23,964 nucleotides of DNA from Acidobacteriota bacterium (GTDB lineage Bacteria > Acidobacteriota > UBA6911 > JACQSX01), in the NCBI GenBank assembly GCA_036507075.1, contig DASXQR010000058.1, positions 1 through 23,964 on the forward strand, written 5' to 3'. Under the pieces are notes generated by a model, which made no database searches, was not told the origin of the DNA, and saw nothing but the letters and a program-made list of their open reading frames with translations. Shown here in pieces: positions 16,778 to 23,939 of this stretch; positions within the stretch are counted from its first letter, which is position 1, and the number at the start of each line of letters is the position of its first letter. The position numbers were made by a program, and so were the translations under genes.

Positions 16778-17314
16778 ATGAAAAAATCCGAGTTGCGCAT
16801 CGAGAAGGCAACAGAAAAGGACGTTCCACTGCTGCTGCAATTCATCAAGGAGCTCGCCGAATACGAAAAACTGTCCCATGCCGTTGTAGCCACAGAAGAG
16901 ATGGTAAGGCGCTCTCTGTTTGGTGAAACGCCGCGCGCCGAAGCAATCATCGCCTATTGCGCGGAATCTCCCGCGGGTTTTGCGCTCTTCTTCCACAACT
17001 TTTCTACCTTTCTTGGCCGGGCCGGCATCTACCTTGAAGATCTTTACGTCCGCCCTCCGATGCGCGGCAAAGGAACAGGCCGGGCGCTGCTGGCCTGCCT
17101 GGCGGACCTGGCGCGCGAGCGGGACTGTGGCCGGATGGAATGGGCCGTGCTGGATTGGAATGAACCCGCGATCCGGTTTTACAGAAAACTCGGCGCCGTC
17201 ACGCTCGATGATTGGAAAGTTTGCCGCCTCAGCGGCGAAGCTCTCCAGAGGCTGGCAGGGGAATGGGATCCGGGCCTTCCGAATGCGGATTCCGGAATGC
17301 GGAATGCGGAATAG
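16778..17314 (+). CDS. GNAT N-acetyltransferase (diamine/spermidine acetyltransferase-like)
   Basis: FIKELAEYEKL, GFALFFHNFSTFLG..GIYLEDLYVRP..RGKGTG, RMEWAVLDWNEPAIRFYRKLGA. The last ~12 codons come from the ATGCGGA repeat arm. Confidence 0.92.
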   Translation: MKKSELRIEKATEKDVPLLLQFIKELAEYEKLSHAVVATEEMVRRSLFGETPRAEAIIAYCAESPAGFALFFHNFSTFLGRAGIYLEDLYVRPPMRGKGTGRALLACLADLARERDCGRMEWAVLDWNEPAIRFYRKLGAVTLDDWKVCRLSGEALQRLAGEWDPGLPNADSGMRNAE

Positions 17315-17396
17315 AAACAATTTTGTGTGGGCCCTGAGAGACTTAGAAAGTATTCCGTATTCCGCATTCCGCATTCCGAAATCCGCATTCGGAAGG
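17275..17396. repeat. 39-bp inverted repeat, ATGCGGA/TTCCGCA family
   Basis: 17275-17313 versus 17358-17396, one mismatch; the left arm lies inside the GNAT coding sequence. Confidence 0.95.
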
Positions 17397-17424
17397 ACGC
17401 TGGAAGACTCGCGGGCAATTGCCA

Positions 17425-17958
17425 ATGAAACCGCCCGAGCGTTTTGAAAGTGAAAGACTGATCCTGCGCCTTCCCCGGCGGCGGGACGCAGAGGCTATTT
17501 TTCGTACTTACGCGAAAGATCCCCGGGTCACACGCTATCTGACATGGAAACCCCACTCCGACATTTCCGAGACCCGCGAATACCTGGAACGCTGCCTCAG
17601 CGGCTGGCGGAACGGCCCCTCCTTCACCTGGACAATTACGCACAGACGGAGATACCAACTGATGGGCATGTTTGAAATCCGCATCGGCAGTCACGACGTT
17701 TCATTCGGATACGTGCTTGCCCGGCGATATTGGAATCAGGGGTACATGACCGAGTTGGTGGAAACCATATCCTCCTGGGCCCTGGCACAGCCGGAGATTT
17801 ACCGTGTGTGCGCTTACTGCGACACGCAAAACGAGGCATCATGGCGAGTCTTGGAAAAGGCGGGCTTGCAGCGAGAAGGTGTTTTACGCCGGTGGATTGT
17901 GCTGCCAAACCTGGACAATGAACCCCGCGACTGCTACTGCTACGCGCGCGTCAAATAG
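17425..17958 (+). CDS. GNAT N-acetyltransferase, RimJ/RimL type
   Basis: ESERLILR, VTRYLTWKPH, FGYVLARRYWNQGYMTE, NEASWRVLEKAGLQREGVLR. Confidence 0.92.
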   Translation: MKPPERFESERLILRLPRRRDAEAIFRTYAKDPRVTRYLTWKPHSDISETREYLERCLSGWRNGPSFTWTITHRRRYQLMGMFEIRIGSHDVSFGYVLARRYWNQGYMTELVETISSWALAQPEIYRVCAYCDTQNEASWRVLEKAGLQREGVLRRWIVLPNLDNEPRDCYCYARVK

Positions 17959-18004
17959 GGCCCGAGGGAGCGACCGGCCAAAGAAGTTTGGTAGCTTGGT
18001 GAAG

Positions 18005-18401
18005 CCGGGTTGCGGGTTGACGAGTTGCGGGTTGGCGAGTTGACGAGTTGCGGGTTGACGAGTTGCGGTTGGCGAGTTGCGGGTTGGCGAGTTGCGGGTT
18101 TCAGTTGGCGAAATGGAAAACTCAAGATTCGAATTCCCCGGGCACGGCAGTCGTCGACATAGCCGTGGTCGTTGCCGTGCGCGAATCAAAGGACTGCTTG
18201 ATTCTGCACTCCGCTTTCACCGCCGAGCCACGGGGATCGCCAAGATTTCGCAGAGTCTGCAACTCAAGCTCTGCGAAACCTCGGCGTACTCAGCGGCTCG
18301 GCGGTGAATACAACGTGGCCGTCTTTACAGGCGACTTATCGACAGTCCGGAACCCGACAACCCGGAACTCGTAACCCGACAACCCGGAACCCGCAAACTC
18401 G
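18005..18401. repeat. GCGGGTT/CGAGTT and AACCCG inverted arms enclosing other repeat elements
   Basis: Left arm 18005-18110, right arm 18347-18401. The interior holds a degenerate hexamer palindrome (~18142-18181) and the 110-bp element copy B. Confidence 0.9.
18212..18321 (+). mobile_element. 110-bp MITE-like palindromic element, 9-mer family (copy B)
   Basis: Collinear with 12017-12126: identical first 18 nt (CGCTTTCACCGCCGAGCC) and last 11 nt (CAACGTGGCCG). Confidence 0.7.
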
Positions 18402-18404
18402 GGC

Positions 18405-19217
18405 TTACAGCCCAATCTGCTCCGAGCGAACCGAGTGTCCAAGAAAGATCTGTGCCAGCCGGTCGAACTCTTCGCTTTGATCGGTGGTGAGAAAGCGAAC
18501 ACTTGCGCCGCGCGTCAGTTTTCCTTCAATTTCCGGATGCCGGCGCAGGTAATCCTGCAGGCTCGGCGCCACGAAGTCTCCTTGAACAAGAATATTGACA
18601 GGCCTCGACACGACGGATCGGATTGTCGAAAGCAGCAGCGGATAGTGCGTGCACGCCAGCAGCAGCGTGTCTATCTGTGAAGACTGGCGGGATGTCAGCG
18701 TCCAATATTTTTGAACATAGAACTCCACGCCCGCGCCATCCAGTTCCCCCGATTCAACCAACGGAACCAGCAGCGGGCACGCCTGCTGGATCAGCTTGAT
18801 ATTGGAAGCAAACTTCTCCAGCTCCAATACAAAACTCTCCGATCGAACTGTCCCCTGTGTCGCCCAGAGTGCAACCGTTCCGGTGTGAGTTTGGCGACCC
18901 AACTCCTCAACGGAGGGACGAATTACGCCGAGTACGCGCCGGTCCGGATAGCTGGCGGGCAGCACTCTTTGCTGGATGCTGCGCAGCGCTTTCGCCGATG
19001 CGGTGTTGCATGCAATGACAATGAGCTGGCATTGGCGCGTGAAAAGGTACCGGACCGCCTCGGTCGTAAATTGAAGAACCGCCTGAAAAGACCGGGTTCC
19101 GTAGGGCGCGCGAGCGTTATCGCCCAGGTAAAGGTAATCGTAAAGAGGAAGCCTTTCGCGGATGCATTTGAAGATCGTCAGACCGCCAAATCCTGAATCA
19201 AAGATTCCTATTCTCAC
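18405..19217 (-). CDS. murI: Glutamate racemase
   Basis: IGIFDSGFGGLT, YLGDNARAPYG and both catalytic cysteines (IACNTAS, LACTHYP). Start probably GTG 19217 or TTG 19235; the longer ORF N-terminus is repeat-derived. Confidence 0.95.
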   Translation of the reverse strand: MRIGIFDSGFGGLTIFKCIRERLPLYDYLYLGDNARAPYGTRSFQAVLQFTTEAVRYLFTRQCQLIVIACNTASAKALRSIQQRVLPASYPDRRVLGVIRPSVEELGRQTHTGTVALWATQGTVRSESFVLELEKFASNIKLIQQACPLLVPLVESGELDGAGVEFYVQKYWTLTSRQSSQIDTLLLACTHYPLLLSTIRSVVSRPVNILVQGDFVAPSLQDYLRRHPEIEGKLTRGASVRFLTTDQSEEFDRLAQIFLGHSVRSEQIGL

Positions 19218-19236
19218 TGATTTCGCTGCGTGCAAG

Positions 19237-19367
19237 GTTGTCGGGTTATCCGGTTTCGGGTTCCGGGTTGCGAGTTGAACTGGCTTGGTGTCTTGGTGGT
19301 AAAAATGATGAACCACCAAGGCACCAAGCCAGTTCAATTCACAACCCGCAACCCGTAACCCGCCAAC
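19237..19367. repeat. Composite hairpin: GCGGGTT-family outer arms around a 26-bp inner inverted repeat
   Basis: Inner 19275-19300 / 19312-19337 has one mismatch and an 11-nt loop and contains CTTGGTGTCTTGGTGGT / ACCACCAAGGCACCAAG; outer heptamer arms extend the stem. Confidence 0.93.
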
Positions 19368-19369
19368 TT

Positions 19370-19408
19370 TGACTAGTGACTGATAACCAATGACCAATGA
19401 CTAATGAC
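19370..19408. repeat. TGACYAA heptamer array (STRR2-like)
   Basis: TGACTAG TGACTGA TAACCAA TGACCAA TGACTAA TGAC, ending 6 nt from the alaC stop. Confidence 0.85.
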
Positions 19409-19414
19409 CGATAT

Positions 19415-20608
19415 TCACTTCGCGGCGCGCAGCCGGGCGCCCGACTGTAACAGTTGTTTGATGCCGCGCACTGCCTGGCGAATACGCTTTTCATTTTCCA
19501 CTAATGCGAATCGGACGTAGCCTTCTCCCGAATCGCCGAAGCCGGTACCCGGCGACACCGCAACTTTTGCCTCTGCGATCATCAGCTTGCAGAATTCCAG
19601 TGAGCTCATTGAGCTGAATGGCTCGGGAATACGCGACCAGACAAACATCGTTCCCACGGGTTTCGTGACGGGCCATCCCGCCTTGGTGAGCGTGTCGCAC
19701 AGGACGTCGCGCCGATTGCGGTATTTCTCGGCGATCTGTTTCACATATTCCTCGCACTCGTTCAGTGCGATGATGGAAGCGATCTGGATCGGCTGGAAGA
19801 TGCCGTAATCCATATAACTTTTGACTCGCCCCAGCGCGGCGATTACATTGGCGTTGCCCAGGCAGAACCCGACGCGCCATCCGGCCATGCTATAGCTCTT
19901 GGAGAGCGAGAACATTTCCACCGCCACATCCCTGGCGCCAGGAATCTGCAGGATGCTGGGGGCGGTATAGCCGTCGTAAACCAAATCGGCGTAAGCAAAG
20001 TCGTGGATCACCAGCACGCCATAGCGACGCGCCAGTTGCACCACCTGCTCAAAGAAATCGCGGTCTACGCAGGCGCCGGTCGGATTATTCGGGAACGAAA
20101 TCACCAGAAGCCTCGGCCTTTCCTTCGGAATTACGCTGGTCAGCTTCCGCAGCAGATCCTGCGGATCGGCAACCGGCAGCCGGTGCAGCCTGCCGTCGGC
20201 GATGATGACTGCGTAGAGATGGATCGGATAAGCCGGTTCTGGAACCAGCGCGAGCTCGCCGCGACCCAGGACGGTCAGAATCAGATGTGACAGCCCTTCT
20301 TTGGCTCCGATCGTCACGACTACCTCGGTGTCCGGATTCAGCTCGACCCCCCACTTGCGCCCATAACGGTGGGCAATAGCGTGACGCAACTTGACGATTC
20401 CGCGCGAGGCCGAGTAGCGATGATTGCGCGGGTTTCTCGCCGCCTCGATGAGCTTCTGAACGATCGGCTGAGGCGTAGGAAGGTCTGGATTTCCCATTCC
20501 CAGATCGACGATGTCTTCTCCCTGAGCGCGTGCCGCTGTCTTCAGGTCCTGGATGGTCCTGAAGACATACTGCGGAAGCTTATTGCTCAAGTTAAACCCT
20601 GTGTCCAA
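19415..20608 (-). CDS. alaC: Class I/II PLP aminotransferase, AlaC (YfdZ)-like alanine transaminase
   Basis: [93 protein letters not shown] before a TTG start. Substrate specificity is inferred. Confidence 0.8.
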   Translation of the reverse strand: MDTGFNLSNKLPQYVFRTIQDLKTAARAQGEDIVDLGMGNPDLPTPQPIVQKLIEAARNPRNHRYSASRGIVKLRHAIAHRYGRKWGVELNPDTEVVVTIGAKEGLSHLILTVLGRGELALVPEPAYPIHLYAVIIADGRLHRLPVADPQDLLRKLTSVIPKERPRLLVISFPNNPTGACVDRDFFEQVVQLARRYGVLVIHDFAYADLVYDGYTAPSILQIPGARDVAVEMFSLSKSYSMAGWRVGFCLGNANVIAALGRVKSYMDYGIFQPIQIASIIALNECEEYVKQIAEKYRNRRDVLCDTLTKAGWPVTKPVGTMFVWSRIPEPFSSMSSLEFCKLMIAEAKVAVSPGTGFGDSGEGYVRFALVENEKRIRQAVRGIKQLLQSGARLRAAK

Positions 20609-20678
20609 TATCCCTCCAGTTCGATGCCCGATTGTAACAGCCAGGTATTATCTCCTGGATAGAGTTTCAAAGTTTTTC

Positions 20679-20787
20679 AAAACCGTCCACGTCTATGTCC
20701 ACGTGTCATGACCACGTCAACGTACGGCAGGCGTTGACGTGCCCGTGGTCGTTGACGTGCTCGTGCTCGTAGACGTGGACGGCTTTT
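20679..20787. repeat. Inverted pair of 6-bp-period arrays in a divergent spacer
   Basis: 20679-20722 (AAAACCGTCCACGTCT...ACGTCAACG) and 20732-20787 (CGTTGACGT...AGACGTGGACGGCTTTT). Confidence 0.92.
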
Positions 20788-20928
20788 CTTTTGGCTGTCG
20801 CGTTGCGGCCACCGTACACTCGTGGAAGTAGCCGTGGCTCGCTTCTATTTTGCGTGCATAGCGCGCCAATAACTCGATAGTGCGCAGTCGCCACACCTGC
20901 CCCTTCTCCTTCTGTGTAACATGGAATC

Positions 20929-21990
20929 ATGAGCGTCAGTAGAAATCTTGAAGTGGAGCGCCTTAGCGAGCAGGAGGACGTCAAAAGGGCTCTTGAGCAA
21001 ACTGCCGGGGCGGGAAAACCGGAGATCCCATCCGCTCCGCCCAAAGAAAAAATCTGGCTGGGCACATATGGTTTGCTGCTCGTCGTCTTTGCCGCCGTTC
21101 ATTATCTGCTCCGTTTGAAACTGGTGCCCTTGCCTGCACGCCTTTCTCCCGTGCTGATCAGAATCACGCTTGGCGTGATGGCAATGATCGTAGTGCTGGC
21201 CGCCTCAAAGATCGTGGATGTTTACTCGATCGGCTACATCAGCAGCGCAGTGTCCAGATATAACCTGCGGCGCATTCGACGCCTCTTTACCGGACTGGTA
21301 ATTGCGCTCATCCTGCTGTCGATCGCGTTTGTCAATTGGTACACAGCGTTTGTCTCTCTGGGGCTGATCTCTCTCATCCTGGGCTTTGCGCTGCAGACTC
21401 CAATCACCAGCTTTATCGCATGGATTTACATTCTGGTCCGGGAACCTTATCGCGTCGGAGACAGAATCAAAGTCGGTGAGGCAAGCGGCGACGTGATCGA
21501 TGTGAGCTATCTGGACACGACGCTCTGGGAGTTCGGAGGCCAGTACCTTTCCACCGATCACCCCAGCGGCCGTATCATCAAGTTTCCAAATTCAAGGATT
21601 CTTAATTCGCCGGTCTACAATTACTCGTGGCCGTTGTTTCCTTACATCTGGAATGAAATAAAGTTTCAGGTCGGCTACGACAGCGATCTCGAATTTGTCG
21701 CCACCACAATGCAAAGAGTTGCCGAAGAAGACCTCGGCACCGCAATGCTGGAACGGATCAAGGTATTTCGCGATCTGCTGGCAAAGACGCCGGTTGACGA
21801 GCTGACGGTTCAGGAGCGGCCGGTGGTGATGTTCCGCGTTGGCGACAACACGTGGCTGGAAGCAATCGTGCGTTACGTGGTGCCTCCCAGGGAAGCAGGA
21901 AGAGTGAAAACCAGGCTGATCCGAAAGATGCTGGCTGAATTGAACACCCAGCCCGAGCGGGTGCGCTTTCCCAAGGGCGACGCGCGGTAA
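20929..21990 (+). CDS. Small-conductance mechanosensitive channel (MscS family)
   Basis: N-terminal TM helices; LGFALQTPITSFIAW, PYRVGDRIKVGEASGDVIDV, IIKFPNS, VYNYS. Confidence 0.92.
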   Translation: MSVSRNLEVERLSEQEDVKRALEQTAGAGKPEIPSAPPKEKIWLGTYGLLLVVFAAVHYLLRLKLVPLPARLSPVLIRITLGVMAMIVVLAASKIVDVYSIGYISSAVSRYNLRRIRRLFTGLVIALILLSIAFVNWYTAFVSLGLISLILGFALQTPITSFIAWIYILVREPYRVGDRIKVGEASGDVIDVSYLDTTLWEFGGQYLSTDHPSGRIIKFPNSRILNSPVYNYSWPLFPYIWNEIKFQVGYDSDLEFVATTMQRVAEEDLGTAMLERIKVFRDLLAKTPVDELTVQERPVVMFRVGDNTWLEAIVRYVVPPREAGRVKTRLIRKMLAELNTQPERVRFPKGDAR

Positions 21991-21997
21991 AAACATT

Positions 21998-22158
21998 AAA
22001 CCGCCAAAGAGCGCAAAGAGAAAGCTAAAACCGCCAAGAGCGCCAAGACCGCCAAGTCAACGGAACGACCCGCCTGAGATCGTCTGGAGTTGAAACAAAC
22101 CGCTACGATCTTCAGTTTATTCTCTTGGCGCTCTTTGCGCTCTTGGCGGTTCAGCTTT
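21998..22158. repeat. 9-mer family inverted repeat (AACCGCCAAG-AGCGCCAAG) with duplicated left arm
   Basis: Left arms 21998-22020 and 22021-22056; right arm 22124-22158 lies within the last codons of the NCS1 gene. Confidence 0.9.
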
Positions 22159-23616
22159 GAAGGTCCCCATCCATACCCAGTAAACCACCCCGGCAATCGC
22201 AAAGCCCACAAACCACGCGTACGAATATAAGCCCTGAAAAAACGCTCCCGCGCGCCAATGCCCCGGGAAAGCCTGCGAAAGAAAGCCCGGTATGTTCGGC
22301 GCCACGCCTGCCATCAGAGCGATCAGCGCCGCCGGATTGACTCCGCCGTGGTACTCGTAATCCCCTCCCCGGACATACAGGTCTGCCGCCCGCAACTCCC
22401 GTCTTCGAATGATGAAATAGTCGACGATCATAATCCCGCCGATTGGACCGAGAAGCGCCGAGTAACCGATCAGCCAGGTGAAAATGTATCCGTGCGACGA
22501 TTCAATCAGCTTCCACGGCATGATGAGAATTCCAATGACTGCGGTAATCATCCCTCCCATTCGAAACGAAATCCGCCCGGGGCGCAGATTGGAAAAATCA
22601 TTGGCGGGCGAGACCACATTGGCGGCGATGTTAGTGGACAAAGTCGCCACAGAGAGCGCCACAATGCTGACCAGAACGGTCAACAGCCCGCCTACTCTGC
22701 CCATCAACTCGATCGGATCCCAGATTACTTTGCCAAAAATCAACGGTGTCGCCGACGTGACCGCCACCCCGATGAAGGCGAAGAGAGTCATAGTGGTGGG
22801 AAGTCCCAGTGCCTGGCCGACCATCTGGTCCCGCTGTGATCTGGCGTACCGGGTGAAGTCGGGAATGTTCAAAGAGAGCGTTGCCCAATAGCCCACCATG
22901 GCTGTGAGAGACGGAAAAAAAACCGGCAGGAACGAATCCAGCGATGCAAAACTAGAGGGGCGGCTGAGTATCGGCCCCCATCCTCCGGCGCGCACGTAAG
23001 CCCAGGCCAGAAGCGCCAGCCCCATTGCGATCAGGAATGGCGCGGCAAGCGATTCCATCCACTTAATCGATTCCGTGCCCTTCCAGATAAAGTAGACGTT
23101 GACCATCCAAAAGAGCATGAACGACAGGAACTGGCCCAGCGTAATGCCGACAAACGAAGGCATCACGTCGGGCAGGTACGTTCGGCCGGGAAAAAGTGTC
23201 AGCCCCAGTTGGTAAATCGCCTCTCCTCCGATCCATGTCTGGATGCCAAACCATCCGCAAGCCACAAATGCCCGCAGCATTGCCGGAACGTTGGCTCCCA
23301 GCACGCCGAACGAGGATCGGGCCAGCACGGGAAAAGGAATGCCGTACCTGGTTCCGGCATGCGCATTCAAGATCATTGGAATCAGGACTATCAAGTTCCC
23401 CAGCGAAATCGTAAAAATCGCCTGCTTCCAGTTCATTCCCGAGTCAATCAAACCGGATGCCAGCGTGTAGGTCGGGACACAAACCGCCATCCCAACCCAG
23501 AGCGCCGCGATATGCCAGAGGTTCCAGGTGCGCTGCGATGGCAAAGTAGGCGCCAGGTCCGGATTGAAAAGGCGCGGGTCGCGGGAGGGGATTGTCGAGT
23601 TATCGCGGTGAGTCAA
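22117..23616 (-). CDS. NCS1 nucleobase:cation symporter (uracil/allantoin/cytosine permease family)
   Basis: NPDLAP, ALWVGM, YGIPFPVLARSSFG..GA, VACGWFGIQTWIGG, YWATLSLNIPDFTRYA, NIAANVVSPANDF, PWKL, YAWFVG. TTG start uncertain. Confidence 0.95.
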   Translation of the reverse strand: MTHRDNSTIPSRDPRLFNPDLAPTLPSQRTWNLWHIAALWVGMAVCVPTYTLASGLIDSGMNWKQAIFTISLGNLIVLIPMILNAHAGTRYGIPFPVLARSSFGVLGANVPAMLRAFVACGWFGIQTWIGGEAIYQLGLTLFPGRTYLPDVMPSFVGITLGQFLSFMLFWMVNVYFIWKGTESIKWMESLAAPFLIAMGLALLAWAYVRAGGWGPILSRPSSFASLDSFLPVFFPSLTAMVGYWATLSLNIPDFTRYARSQRDQMVGQALGLPTTMTLFAFIGVAVTSATPLIFGKVIWDPIELMGRVGGLLTVLVSIVALSVATLSTNIAANVVSPANDFSNLRPGRISFRMGGMITAVIGILIMPWKLIESSHGYIFTWLIGYSALLGPIGGIMIVDYFIIRRRELRAADLYVRGGDYEYHGGVNPAALIALMAGVAPNIPGFLSQAFPGHWRAGAFFQGLYSYAWFVGFAIAGVVYWVWMGTFKAEPPRAQRAPRE

Positions 23617-23676
23617 GGGTTTGATTTTTTAGACGTGTATTTAACACCGTTCTGGCCCTGGGAGGTGTGAAAAAAA

Positions 23677-23713
23677 TTCACTACAACGGCGCAGCCCGGC
23701 AAAGCCGCACCAA
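23677..23713 (+). repeat. 40-bp motif, degenerate copy 3
   Basis: TTCACTACAACG-N15-GCCGCACCAA has the same 27-nt offset between blocks and the mini-hairpin CGGC-AAA-GCCG. Confidence 0.65.
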
Positions 23714-23768
23714 GCAGAGGATGTTCACGCTTGGCAGCCTGATCGTCATAGGCTGATGTTGAAAGTCG

Positions 23769-23874
23769 CATTCCTTCACCGCAGAGGCGCAGAGAACGCA
23801 GCGGGTGCGCAGAGACGTGCAAACGAAACTCTGCGCATTCTCTGCGTCCTCTGCGCCTCTGCGGTGAAGGAATG
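23769..23874. repeat. 46-bp inverted repeat, 9-mer family (TTCACCGCAGAG-GCGCAGAG ends)
   Basis: 23769-23814 versus 23829-23874, four mismatches, 14-nt loop. Confidence 0.95.
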
Positions 23875-23939
23875 TAAGTGCCAGACAAAACTTTGTAAAA
23901 AAGCGAGAAGTTGCCAACCTGTTACACAAGGCGCCACTT

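Noticed and set aside
19236..19397. Long N-terminal extension of MurI
   Set aside because: It is encoded entirely by repeat arms; family similarity begins at IGIFDSG.
23617..23929. Purine or TPP riboswitch, or small ORFs, upstream of the NCS1 permease
   Set aside because: I could not see the conserved aptamer cores, the hairpins present belong to the repeat families, and the ORFs are repeat translations. An Rfam/Infernal scan would settle it.
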